A stretch of DNA of 64,000 nucleotides from Selaginella moellendorffii (lineage: Eukaryota > Plantae > Lycopodiophyta), in the NCBI RefSeq assembly GCF_000143415.4, contig NW_003314382.1:150210-214209 (forward strand), in the 5' to 3' direction. A program made the translations under genes and the position numbers. Each line of letters opens with the position of its first letter. Position 1 is the stretch's first letter. Below, in pieces: positions 44,225-56,485 of this stretch. The notes under the pieces were generated by a model that worked only from the letters and a program-made list of their open reading frames with translations, did no database searches and was not told the DNA's origin.

Positions 44225-45705
44225 CTACGTGGCGTCGTTCTTATGGCTGCCACATGGGCGGCTCTTGCCATGCCAAGTGGCGCCAGCTATGGCGGACACA
44301 TTGACCGCGTCAGCGAATCTCTTGAGGTTTTCGTGAGAGGTTCCCCCTTGGTCGGTCGTGGAGCGTACCGTGCTCCTGAGCGCCGCCATTCTGGCCCGGA
44401 TCTCGCCCATGCCCTGCCCTTCCAAGAAATCCCGGATTACCTCCTCCACTCGCCCGCGCGCCACGTCCTGATCATCCGAGAGCCGCCGCCCGATCTTCCA
44501 GTCCTCCACGAGCTTGCAATTCATGCTCTGCTCGGTGTGGCACGGCCAGCCCAGCAGTGGCACGCCATAGAAGATGCTCTCCAGGACCGAGTTCCAGCCG
44601 CAGTGGGAGAGGAATCCGGCGATGGAGTGGTGTGCCAGGACCTGGAGCTGCGGCGCCCAAGAGACCACCATCCCCCTCGGCCTCGATCGCTCGGCGAAGC
44701 CCCGGAGAGCTTCGCTGCTGGCGAACTCGTGCCGGACGTCCGCCCAGAGGAATGGCTGCTTGCTCGCCTCCAGCCCGGCCGCGAGCTCCACGATCTGGCG
44801 CTCGGGAAACAGGCACAAGCTCCCGAACGAGATGTAGAGCACAGAGGTTGTGGCCTGGGTGTGGAGCCATTCCAGGCACTCGCTCTTCTCGTCGCGGAGG
44901 CTCACCCGCGGGCTGGTGTGGCATGGGAAGAGCGGACCCACAGACACGAAGTTCTTGTTGGCCAGAGCTCCCTGCATCGCGTCGAAGGCGTGGGTCTCCA
45001 GCTCCGAGATGGAGTTCACCAGGATCCAGTCGGCGTCCTTCATGCGGTCTGCCGAGACACTGAAAAATTCGAGGATGAATCCTACCAGCTTCCTCCGGAA
45101 GTAGCTCGGGAGGTGGCGGCACCTGAAAGCGTCGAGACCTGGGACGTAGCGAATGAGCTTGTTCTCGTCGAGGCCTAGATTGCTCGATCAAAATCATGCA
45201 AGAAAAAAGAATTCTGACCTTGGAACGCGTCACCGCTGGAGACGAGCAATTGAGTGTGGTGGTGGATGGAGCTCCAGGCAGCATTTCCAGGCCAAAACGT
45301 GACGACTTTGAGGCCAAGTTTCTTTGTGATTCCCACCGCCCAACGCATGAAATAGTCGGAGATGATGCAGCATGGAGGTGGTTGCATCTCCCTCACTAGC
45401 TCCTCTACTGGGATTTGCAACCTTTCCAAAGACTCGAGTAGCCCGTCCGTGTCTTTCAATGCTTTGGCATCGATGCCACAAGGAATGAAGACATCACAAT
45501 GCACTTGCTCCAGTCTGATATCCATCCCATCCGGGCACCTCCACTGCCGGGAGAGGTTTTCATGGATGCTGTCCACGTTGAGCAGTGTGACGATGATCCC
45601 TGTTGTAGCCAGTTTTGTTGCAAGATGGATCAAGGGAAGAAGATGGCCCAGTGCAGGATATGGAAGCACCACCATATGAACTTCATTCCTACTATCCACC
45701 GACAT
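44225..45705 (-). CDS. Family 1 UDP-glycosyltransferase; one 44-nt intron at 45175-45218
   Basis: HMVVLPYPALGHLLPL and PSPG WAPQLQVLAHHSIAGFLSHCGWNSVLES...HTEQ. A phase-1 GT-AG intron joins the two ORFs (FQ|GLDENKL). Paralog of 41007-42497. Confidence 0.9.
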
Positions 45706-46003
45706 AGCAAAGAGCTAGTGGATTAAACACGAACCACCCCAAGATCTAGCTTTCTTTTTTATTCTAAATTTCTCTGTTTCTGTTATTGCATTTTCTTCTT
45801 TTATAGTGAACTTTTATGAAATGTCGGTTTTCATCCTTGCTATATCATTAGTGTATCCAAAACTTCCTTTCAACCAATGCCATTCTTCTGACCCCTGCAA
45901 AGTTGCCATTCCTATGCCAAAACCTTTTCACAACCCCAAAAGGCAAAAGGTCCACTTTGCCAATTTCCTTGTTGCCACCTTCGTCCCACGGTCACCACTG
46001 TGA

Positions 46004-48073
46004 ATGCTAATAACAATTTGTACCTCCAGAGATGAAGCTCTAGTTACCCAGCTGGCTCGGTCGATCCGTGATGCTAGAACTCTGGCACAGGGACAATGGA
46101 TCCACAAGCTCGTCGACCAGAGTGTGCAGAGCCACAATCGCTACCTGAGAAACCTGCTGGTGGAGATGTATGGCAAGTGCCATGACTTGGAACTGGCAGT
46201 GGCAGTGTTTGAGTCCATCCGTGAGCCCAACGTTTTCTCCTGGAACATCCTGCTCGAGGTGTATGCCCGAAACGGGCATATTGAGGATGCTCGGGGCGTG
46301 TTTGATCGGATGCCACAGCGCACGGAGGTGTCGTGGACGTCGATGATTGCGGCCTACGCGAGGTTGGAGATGATCCAGGAGGCGGAGTCGCTGCTGGCTC
46401 GGATGCCATACAAGGCGGTGATTGCCGGGACCGTGATCGTGGAAGCGCTCGCGAAATCCGGGCATTTGGAGGCGAGCCGGCGGATGTTTGATCGGATGCC
46501 ACAGCGGGATGTCGTGACCTGGAACACGATGTTAGAGGCTTACGCGCGGATTGGAGATCTGGATCGAGCGAGCTTACTGTTTGACGCGATGCCGGAGAAG
46601 GATCAGGTGTCCTGGAACATCTTGGCGCAGGCGTATGCCGAGGAGGGAAATCTGGCGATAGTGAGAGATCTCTTCAAGAGAATGCCGAGGAGAGATGTGG
46701 TTTCATGGACCGCGATGCTCGTCGCGCACGCCAGCAGCTGGGAGATCGACGAGGCGATGTTCTTGTTCGAGATTATGCCCGGGAAGGATGCGATCGCCTG
46801 GAATATCATGATCGCCGCCACTGCCAGATCGGGAAATCTCCACACTGCCAAGAACCTCTTCGACAGCTCTCCAACGCGGGACCTGGTTTCTTGGAACACG
46901 GCGATCGAGGCCTTTGCCGAGCATGGCCAGCTCCAAGAAGCGAAATCCCTGTTCGACGCCATGCCCTGCCGCGATCTCTTCTCCTGGAACGCAATGCTCC
47001 AAGCGTACCTTCGATCCGACCGGCTGGAGGAGGGAATGCGCTTCTTCGATCGGATCCCGGAGCTGGACGTCGTGGCGTGGAACAGCGCGATGCAAGCGCA
47101 CGCCGAGCGAGGCCTGGTGGACGAAACCCTGCGATTGTTCCACGCAATGCCGGCGTGGAGCGTCGTCTCCTGGACGATCCTCGTCTCGGCGCTAGGGCGT
47201 GGCGGGCATTTAAAAGAGGCCAGGGAAGTATTTGACGGGGCCAGGGATCGAAACGTGATCACCTGGAACGCCATGCTTGCGTGCTATGGCGGGAAAAGGG
47301 GCAATTTAGACAGAGCGCGCGAAATATTCGATTCCATGGGCGAGAGAAATGGAATGTCGTGGGCTTTGATGATAGAAGCGTGTCTTATAAACAATAGCGT
47401 GGAGGAAGCGCAAACACTTCTCAAAACCTCGCCATCAGAGAAACCACTGGCCTGGAACTTTGTTCTGGCAGCAAATGCCCAAAATGGGCAGCTTGAGGAG
47501 ACTTTACAGACATTCCACGCGATCCCTGTCAAGGACGTAGTATCCTGGACCGCCATAGCTGCAGCATTTTCGCAGTTTGGGCACCTTGATCGATCACGCA
47601 AGATCTTTGAGACAATGCCGGAGAGGAACACTGTTTCCTGGAACGCGATGCTTCATGGCTATGCCAAGAACGCCCATGCCGTAGAGACCTTGGATCTTTA
47701 CAAGAGGATGGCGTGTGAAGGAGTTGAACCCGATACCACCACTCTCATCGCCACCTTGATCGCCTGTAACCACATTGGCTTGCTCGCTCTGGCAATCCAC
47801 CACTTCTCCTCCATGAGCTTCGATCACTCCATTGCTGAGACAATTGATCACTACTGCTGTATGATCGACATCCTTGGCCGGGCCGGCAAGATACCAGAGG
47901 CCCAAGAGCTGCTCCACACGATGCCATTCCAAGCCAACCACGTTGCATACACTGCTCTTTTAAATTCCTCCAGAAATGCTCCTCTAGCTTCTTCAGTGAG
48001 GTCGTTCCCTGTGGATACCATGTATGTTCTACTGTCCAACTTAGCAGCTCAAAATGCTACTTTTCACAATTAA
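46004..48073 (+). CDS. PLS-class PPR protein (long SS array, truncated E region)
   Basis: 689-aa intronless ORF with YLRNLLVEMYGKC and HYCCMIDILGRAG...MYVLLSNL. Confidence 0.88.
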   Translation: MLITICTSRDEALVTQLARSIRDARTLAQGQWIHKLVDQSVQSHNRYLRNLLVEMYGKCHDLELAVAVFESIREPNVFSWNILLEVYARNGHIEDARGVFDRMPQRTEVSWTSMIAAYARLEMIQEAESLLARMPYKAVIAGTVIVEALAKSGHLEASRRMFDRMPQRDVVTWNTMLEAYARIGDLDRASLLFDAMPEKDQVSWNILAQAYAEEGNLAIVRDLFKRMPRRDVVSWTAMLVAHASSWEIDEAMFLFEIMPGKDAIAWNIMIAATARSGNLHTAKNLFDSSPTRDLVSWNTAIEAFAEHGQLQEAKSLFDAMPCRDLFSWNAMLQAYLRSDRLEEGMRFFDRIPELDVVAWNSAMQAHAERGLVDETLRLFHAMPAWSVVSWTILVSALGRGGHLKEAREVFDGARDRNVITWNAMLACYGGKRGNLDRAREIFDSMGERNGMSWALMIEACLINNSVEEAQTLLKTSPSEKPLAWNFVLAANAQNGQLEETLQTFHAIPVKDVVSWTAIAAAFSQFGHLDRSRKIFETMPERNTVSWNAMLHGYAKNAHAVETLDLYKRMACEGVEPDTTTLIATLIACNHIGLLALAIHHFSSMSFDHSIAETIDHYCCMIDILGRAGKIPEAQELLHTMPFQANHVAYTALLNSSRNAPLASSVRSFPVDTMYVLLSNLAAQNATFHN

Positions 48074-48114
48074 CTATTGATAATAGGACAACTATTGTTA
48101 TTTACCCCATTCAG

Positions 48115-48400
48115 CTAAGAGAATACCTTGAAGGGATGCCTTCTCTGAAGGCATCCTTATTTCTGGCCTATAAGGACCCTTAATTTTGCTTGTAAAAGGA
48201 GGTTGGACAGCTTAGTTCTGTTTCTGGTTATAGGTAGGTTCTGGCCTGGTTTGAAAAAACTAACTTCTCTCAATAGCCAGAATAGCCGTGAAGCATAGCG
48301 TTCCAGGAAACAGTGTTCCTCCTAAATACTGCAGCTATGGGCTCTCCTTGACAGGAAGATTTGTAAAATCTCCTCAAGTTGCAGGCTAATGGTTCTCAGG
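48115..48400 (-). pseudogene. Relic of the 3' exon of the Hsp33-like gene (also at ~51040-51360 and ~55335-55660)
   Basis: Shares gaataccttgaa, gcatccttatttctgg, cttgtaaa and ggttc..gcctggtttgaa with 57683-57910. Confidence 0.6.
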
Positions 48401-48750
48401 TTCTGAGAGACTTTTTATGCCTCCTCCAAAAGCCTATGACAATCGAATTTTCATGCATTCTTTCCATGTAGTTTTGTTTCTTCGACGTCCTGTAGCTTCA
48501 TCTCATATTGAACTCTGGTACTTCCTTGACTGGGCTACCAAGAACACCGAGTACACGAAAATCAGGATAAGCCCACAAAATAAGACGGAGTCATCACTTA
48601 CCTTTCATCGATGCACTTTCCGTGTACGGCAAGCTAAACCCGGAGCTCATAGATACAAACACGTCACTAGAGAAGCACAGGCCAGCAGAAAATCCAGCTG
48701 AGTATAAAATCCCCGCGAAAGCAGGCATTCAAGCATCGTCGTCGTCCACA

Positions 48751-49091
48751 ATGAGGTCTCACCTATTTTCGCTCTGCTTACTGCTCGCAGCTCTGCTGGT
48801 GATGCTGGGAAAAATAGAAGCTCAAAGTAAGGAAGCAAAATGTTCTTTGTTCATTTGAGTCGTTCTCCATTTCACTAAACGTAAATGTATTTCTCTGCAG
48901 TTTGCACGCAGGAATGCCTTCCCAACTCTACCCTTCTATGCGGCGATGTAGTATCCCTGGAACACTGTCAGAATTGCTGCACCATCAGGCGGTACAATGG
49001 TGGTGGATGCGCTCTAATTCGTAATGGAGAAATCATCTGCGTGGGGGACAATTATTCACCTCCTTTTGGAACAACCCCGCCTAGACCTTGA
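48751..49091 (+). CDS. Single-domain potato type II (Pin-II, MEROPS I20-like) protease inhibitor, copy 1; exons 48751-48826, 48901-49091
   Basis: Signal peptide, phase-1 intron, then C-TQE-C-x7-C-x8-C-QN-CC-x9-C-x9-C-VG (8 Cys, Pin-II spacing). TATAAAA at ~48703. Confidence 0.8.
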
Positions 49092-49869
49092 ACGGTGCAA
49101 CAAGATGTTTTATAAGATTGCATAAATAAAGAGAATGCTCAAAGTTTCCACACTACCGAGTGGACTTTGAGGAGGTTGGTCTTACTACGTACTTTAGGCA
49201 ATCAATTTGTAACAGGTAGCCTAGTTTACTTTATTAGTGATGTGACTACAAATATTTTATGAATGTAAATTTGAATATAAAATTTAAAATCAACTAGTTG
49301 TAATATAAAACTTTTACCTGTAGGATCTGTCACAAGTTGAGCACAAAAATGTATCAATATCCTTATTAGATGTCCGTTTTCTGATTAATAATTTAACTTC
49401 CTCAGGCATCAATTGCTGACTTTCTTCTTCTGCTAGTGAAATAGCTTGTAATGCAGTAGCCAAGCCAAAATAAAATTTATTTTGACTTTTTTTACTTGTG
49501 GTTTGTTTCTATTTCTTCCTAATACATCAAAAGTTTAGACTACACATGTATTTGTTTCACCTATAACAGGTATATACCTTAGTTGTATGTTTAGTTTTAC
49601 AATTTAGTGGATATATCTAGAATATATTTGAATATTTTAAAATATTCTACAATCTAGATTACTATTTTATTTATAATTATAAACATGTTTATAATTGGTT
49701 TCTAGTATTTTTGGTACTATTAAGCAAACAAGTGTTGCTGCGTGCAACACACAGCAAGTTTCTTACATTTTGGGAGTAAACTTCCAGTTGATTGGATTAA
49801 TAATAATAGTATTTGACTATAAAAAGTAATTAGTGGTCAATTTTTAGGCCGAAAGATTTTCTACCAAAA

Positions 49870-51030
49870 CCTGGAAGCACCACTGGCACTTGGAAGTCGG
49901 AACTTCAGTCGAGGTCTTGCCTACCTGCACAAAGAACCTGGAAAACAGACTTAAAGATCAAGCCACAACGAGAAATTTGGCATGGAGATCTCCACGATGC
50001 CAAGAACCTCTTCGACAGCGCTCCAACGCGGTGGTTTCTTGGAACATGGCGGTCGAGGCCTACGCCGAACACGGCTAGCTCCAAGAAGCGAATTCCCTGT
50101 TCGACGCCATTCCTTGCTGCAATATCTTCTCCTGGAACGCAATGCTCCAAGCGTACCTTCGGTCCGACCGCCTGGTGCCCGGATCTGGACGTCCAAGCGC
50201 ACGCCGAGCGAGGCCTGGCGTGGAACCTCTTCTCCTGGACGATCCTCGTCTCGGGGATAGGGCGTGGCGGGCATTTCAGAGGCCAGGGAAGTATTTGACG
50301 GGGTCAGGGATCGAAACGTGGTCACCTGGAACGCCATGTATGGCAGCGCGTGAAATATTCGATTCCATGGGCGAGAGAAATGGAATGTCTTGGGCTTTGA
50401 TGATATATAAACGATAGCTTGGAGGAAGCACAAAATCTTCTCGAAACCTTGCCCTCAGAAAAACCACTGGCCTGGAACTTGTTCTTGTAGCACATGCCCA
50501 AGATGGGGAAATTGAGGAGCGATCCCTCTCAAGGCCATAGCAGCAGCATTTTCGCAGTTTGGACGTCTTGATCGATCACACAAGATCTTTGAGACAATGC
50601 CGGAGAGGAACACTGTTTCCTGGAACGCAATGCTTCATGGCTATGCCAAGAACGCCCACGCTGTAGAAACCTTGGATCTTTACAAGAGGATGGCGTGTGA
50701 AGGAGTAGATCCCGATGCCACCACTCTCATCGCCACCTTGATCGCCTGTAACCACATTGGCTTGCTCGCTCTGGCAATCCACCACTTCTCCTCCATGAGC
50801 TTCGATCACTCCATCGCCGAGACAATTGATCACTACTGCTGTATGATCGACATCCTTGGCCGGGCCGGCAAGATACCAGAGGCCCAAGAGCTGCTCCACA
50901 CGATGCCATTCCAAGCCAACCAAGTTGCATACACTGCTCTTTTAAATTCCTCTAGAAATGCTGTTCTAGAGGTTGTTCCCTGTGGATACCATGTATGTTC
51001 TGCTGTCCAACTTAGCGGCAGCTATTGTTA
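49870..51030 (+). pseudogene. PPR pseudogene, duplicate of the 3' half of 46004-48073
   Basis: Near-identical 3' block (MPERNTVSWNAMLHGYAKNAHAVETLDLY...) preceded by frameshifted and deleted repeats. Confidence 0.88.
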
Positions 51031-51660
51031 ATACCCATTCAGCTAAGAGAATACCTTGAAAGGATGCCTTCTCGTGACTTTGATGGCATGTACCCGCGCA
51101 GCATCCTTATTTCTGGTCTATAATGACCCTTGGCAGTTGTTCCAATCTTGCTTGTAAATGCTCCATTGGTTACAGATTAGTTCTGTTTCTTGTTATAGTA
51201 GGTGGTTTGAAAAATATAACTTGTCTCAATAACAATGAGTAGCCAGAATAGCCGTGAAGCATAGCGTTCCAGGAAACAGTGCTCCTAAATGCTGCAGCTA
51301 TGGGGGTCGAGGATACTACGTCCTTGACAGGAAAATTTGTAAAATCTCCTCAAGTTGCAGGTTTTGAGAGACTTTTTATGCCTCCTCCAAAAGCCTAACC
51401 ATCGAACTTTCTTGCGTTCTTTCCCGTGTTTCTTTGACGTCCTGTAGCTTCATGTCATATTGAACTCTACGTAGTCATCGCTCACCTTTCGTCGATGCGC
51501 TTTCCGTGTACGGCAAGCTAAACCCGGAGCGCAAATATACAAACACGTCACTAGAGAAGCACCGGCCAGGGACTTTCTATCCAGCAGAAAATCCAGCTGA
51601 CTATAAAATCCCCACGAAAGCAAGCATTCAAGCATCGCTTGTTACTCCTCGTCGTCCACA

Positions 51661-51997
51661 ATGAGGTCTCAGTTATTTTCGCTCTGCTTACTGCTCGCAG
51701 CTCTGCTGGTGCTGCTGGGAAAAACAGAAGCTCAAAATCCAGCGATCTTTATTCATCTGAGTCGAGTCTCCATTTCATGGGGGTTCGCTAAACGTGTTTC
51801 CTGCAGCTTGCACGGGGGAATGCCTTCCCGACTCTATCCTCCGATGCGGCGATGTAATATTCCCGGAACACTGTCAGAATTGCTGCACCATCAGGCGGTA
51901 CAGTGGGGGTAGATGCGCTCTCATTCGTAATGGAGAAATCATCTGCGTGGGGGACAATTATTTACCTCCTTTTGGAACATCCCCGCCTAGACCTTGA
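51661..51997 (+). CDS. Pin-II-like protease inhibitor, copy 2 (canonical splice donor deleted; may be a pseudogene)
   Basis: Same signal exon and an intact 8-Cys exon (CTGEC...), but the ggtaagg donor present in copy 3 is missing. Confidence 0.6.
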
Positions 51998-52699
51998 ACG
52001 GTGCAACAAGATGTTTTATAAGATTACATAAATAAAGAGAATGCTGAAAGTTTCCACACTGCCGAGTGGACTTTGAGGTTGGTCTTGCTACGTACTTTAT
52101 GCAATCAATTTGTAGCAGGCAGTCTAAGTGATTTTCTATCCAACCATCATTCAGGGTTCAAAATTGAATTTCTTTTTGACTGCCAAGTTTTTTTTATTAG
52201 TCATGTGACTACAAAGATTTTATGAATGTATTGCATACAAAATCTTATATCAACTAGTTGTAATATAAATTTTTTCCCTGTATTGTCTCTAACCCAAAGA
52301 TATATCAATCCTATTGAATCTCCATTTTTTGATTAGCAACTTAACTTCTTCAGGAATTGATTGTTGGCTTTCTTTTTCTAATGCATTAACTAAGCCCCAA
52401 TATAACTCTATTTTACTTGTAGTTCATTTCTATTTCTTCTTAATAGGTCAAAATTTTAACTTGAGTATATGTAGTGAAATGGGACATACCTTGGAGCATT
52501 AGAAGTAGTTGTAACTGCTTCATCTATAACAGATTTTACCATCTAACAGTTATTATTCATTTAGATTAATTTTGTATTTATAATTTATAAACTTTCTTAA
52601 ACACTTCCTAGTACATTCTTTTTTATTCTACCATTGGTTAATATGCAATAAAATTAATCTTGATTTATAAATTATAAACATGTTTATCATTATTAATCA

Positions 52700-52800
<101 letters not shown>

Positions 52801-53544
52801 CACCATGCCTAGGTAATATGCTAATTATAGTACTCTATAACATATAGAATATCCATTCAGGACTTAATTTGGTCCATTCATAAAGAGGGGTCTAAACCCT
52901 AATTATATTCACAGTGTTTATAAATTATAAATATGTTTGTAATTATAAAATTTTAATAATTAATAATAATAAACATTATTCTTATAGAAAAAAAACAGTG
53001 GTCAATTTTTAACCCTTTTCCTTTGGTGCTGTTTTAATAAAATGCCAGGTTTCATGTGCTGCCTTTCTCAAGTTCCAATTTCTAAACCATCCCATGGAAT
53101 GAGTTGCTAGAGCTCGCCATTGCATGCAGTGTTGCTGCAAGTACAGTCCTTATAATCAGGCTCTTTGTTGTTCTGGGCTCTTATGCAAAAACAAAAGATG
53201 CAGAAACGAGCTGTACACGGCCCTCTAAGAATACTGCAGTTAGAAGGTTTTCTCAGTAGTCGGGGAGACGCAGTTTTTAGCCAAAGTTCATGCATTTTGT
53301 GTGGTTTCTGCGTTCCATTTTACAAGTTTCAAGTTACTGCTTTATGAGTTCCTGCCCAAAGGTTTGCTGGACTAATGGATTTTAAAAGCCATAACCTGGA
53401 AGCACTCCACTGGCACTTGGAAGTCGGAACTTCGGTCTTGCCTACCTGCACAAAGAACCTGGAAACCAAAACGAGAAATTTGGCATGGCAGTAAAATAGA
53501 TAGGTGACGGGAGACCAAAAAGGAGACAGTTGTAGTAGTTATAT

Positions 53545-55290
53545 TGTGTCGTGGACGTTGATGATCGCGGCCTGCGTGGAAGCGGAGTCGCTGCTGGCTC
53601 GGATGCCATACAAGGTCGTGATTGCCGAGACCGTGATCGTGGAATCGCTAGCGAGATCCGGATGTGCGATCGGATGCCACAGCGGAATGTTGTGGCCTAG
53701 AACACAGCTTACACGCGAAGTGGAGACGAGAGTGGAGACCTTGATCGAGCGAGCTTACTGTGTGACGCAATGCCGGAGAAGGATCAAGTGTCCTGGAACA
53801 TCTTGGCGCAGAGGTATGCCTCGGAGTGAAATCTGGCCATGGTGAGGCATTTCTTCAAAGAGAATGCCGAGGAGAGATGTGGTTTCTTGGACCGCGATGC
53901 TCGTCACGCACGCGAGCAGCTGGGAAATCGACAAGGAAATGTTCTTGTTTGAGATTATGCCCGGAAAGGATGTGATCGCCTGGAATATCATGATCGCCGC
54001 CATGCCAGATCGGGAAATCTCCACACTGCCAAGAACCTCTTCGACAGCTCTCCAACGCGGGGCCTGGTTTCTTGGAACATGGCAGTCGAGGCCTACGCCG
54101 AGCACAGCTAGCTCCAAGAAGCGAACTCCCTGTTCGACGCGGAACGCAATTCTCCAAGCGTACTTTCGAGCTCTTCTTCGATCGAATACCGGAACTCGTT
54201 GTAGCGTGGAACAGCGCCATGCAACCGCACGCCGAGCGAGGCCTGCGATTGTTCCACGCAATGCCGGCGTGTCGTCTCCTGGGTGATCCTCGTCTCGCGG
54301 CGGGCACTTAAAAGAAGGGATGTAGTTGACGGGGCCAGGGATTGGAAAGTGGTCACCTGGAACGCCATGCTTGCGTGCTATGGCAGCGCGTGAAATATTC
54401 GATTCCATGGGCGACTCAAGACCTTGCCCTCAGAGAAACCACTTGGAACTTGTTCATGCCGCACATGCCCAATGTTAGGATCCTATCCCTTACACCCTAA
54501 GCCAACTGGCTAAAGGGGTGATCACTTGATTGCAGGGCCCTTTCCTTATCCTATTATCCTGACCTGGTGCCTAACAATCTTCCCTCGTCAGAGAATGATC
54601 GTCCGCGATCATACTTAGGCCACCATCTGGTCACCATGGTCCTTCTCTTAGGGTCTCCCAAACCTTGGTTCTCCCTCTAGATTCACCATGTTAAATATTC
54701 TTTCAGAATATTCTTGCCCCACTCATCAGCCACGAGAATCAAACTAGGCTCCAATACCATTGTTAGGATTCTATCCCTTACACCCTAACCCAACTGGCTA
54801 AAGGGGTGATCACTTGATTGCAGGGCCCTTTCCTTATCCTATTATCCTGACCTGGTGCCTAACACCCAAGATTGGCAAATTGAGGAGCGCGATCCCTGTC
54901 AAGGCCATGGCAGCAGCATGTTTGCAGTTTGGGCGTCTCGAACACAAGATCTTTGAGACAATGCCGGAGAGGAACAGTGTTTCCTGGAACGCAATGCTTC
55001 ATGGCCATGCCAAAAACGCTCATGCTGTAGAAGCCTTGGATCTTTACAAGAGGATGGCGTGTGCCCGATGCCAATTCTCATCGCCAGGCTTGCTCGCTCC
55101 ATCCTTGGTCGCCCCGGCAAGATCCCAGAGACCCAAGAGCTGCTCCACAGCCAACCATGTTGCCTACACTGCTCTTTTAAACTCCTCCAGAAACGCTGCT
55201 CTAGCTTCTTCACTGAGGTCTTCCCCTGTGGATACCATGTATGTTCTGCTGTCCAACTTAGCTGCCCAAAATGCTACTTTTCACATTATT
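53545..55290 (+). pseudogene. PPR pseudogene, third copy of 46004-48073, interrupted by a TRIM
   Basis: Collinear fragments (AESLLARMPYK, MPRRDVVSWTAMLV.HASSWEID, PVDTMYVLLSNLAAQNATFH) with frameshifts. Confidence 0.88.
54473..54864 (-). mobile_element. TRIM (miniature non-autonomous LTR retrotransposon), 392 bp
   Basis: 104-bp LTRs at 54473-54576 and 54761-54864 (TGTTAGG...CCTAACA, 2 mismatches). 5-bp TSD CCCAA on both sides. On the minus strand, tRNA-iMet-like PBS TGGTATTGGAGC and PPT GACGAGGGAAGAT. Confidence 0.92.
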
Positions 55291-56128
55291 GGCTTTACAT
55301 ACCATGCTTCAGCTATAAGTTTTACTTCTGTTTTACGAGAATACCTTGAAGAATTGGCCTCTCATGACTTTGATGAAGGCATGTGTACCTGCGCAGTATC
55401 CTTATTTCTCTTTGCTTATAAATGCTGCATTGAGGTTGGACGGATGCTGAGTGGTAGTTCTGTTTCTTGTTATAATAGGTTCTGGTCTGGTTTGATCAAA
55501 AAACTTCTCTCAACAACGGGAATCGTTCCAGGATGCAGTGTTCATTTCCTCAAAGATCTTGCGTGATTGATCAAGATGCGGGAAAATGCTGCAGCTATGG
55601 TGGTCCAGAATATTACGTCCTTGACAGGAAAGTTTGTAAAGTCTCCTCAAAGTTGCCCACTTTAGGCATGTGCTTTCAATACATGCTTTTGGGGTCTTAT
55701 GCTTTTGAAGCATAAGACCACTAAGAAGAAGAAGGATCGTCTCTACCTCCTACTCTCTCTCTCTCTACACTCTCTTGTGCTTGAGCCGCCCGAATCTCCT
55801 GGTAGATGGCCAAGTAGTGCGAATTTCCAGTCGGGTTTTGAGAAGGCCTTCCACAAGCCTATGACAATCGAAGTTTCACCCGTTCTTTTCAGTAGTTTCG
55901 TAGTTGCATCCCATATTGAACTCTGGTACTTTCTTGACTGGGATGCCAATCGCCTGTAATACCGAGCACACGAAAGTCAAGTAGAGCCCACAATAGGAGA
56001 CACCTTACAGTCATCGCTCACCTTTCGTACAGGCACGTTTCTCCAGGACCAGCTGACTATAAAATACCCACAAAAGCGGGCGAAGGCAAGCATTCTGCTC
56101 ATTCAAGCATCGCTTGTTATCGTCCACA

Positions 56129-56485
56129 ATGAGGTCTCACTTATTTTCGCTCTGCTTACTGCTCGCAGCTCTGCTGGTGCTGCTGGGAAAAACAGAAGCT
56201 CAAGGTAAGGAAGTAAAATGCTGAATCCAGCGATCTTTATTCATCTGAGTCGAGTCTCCATTTCATGGGGGTTCGCTAAACGTGTTTCCTGCAGCTTGCA
56301 CGAAGGAATGCCTTGCCGGCTCTATCCTCCGATGCGGTGATGTATTATTCCCGGAACACTGTCAGAATTGCTGCACCATCAGGCAGCAGTACCGTGGTGG
56401 TAGATGCGCTCTCATTCGTAATGGTAAAATCATCTGCGTGGGGGACAATTATTTACCTCCTAAAGGGACCCCGTCTAGACCTTGA
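56129..56485 (+). CDS. Pin-II-like protease inhibitor, copy 3; exons 56129-56204, 56295-56485
   Basis: Signal peptide, phase-1 GT-AG intron, then ACTKECLAGSILRCGDVLFPEHCQNCCTIRQQYRGGRCALIRNGKIICVGD. TATAAAA at ~56058. Confidence 0.8.

Noticed and set aside
54473-54864. Cassandra (5S rRNA-bearing) identity for the TRIM
   Set aside because: No 5S rRNA A/C-box-like sequence seen in the LTR on either strand.
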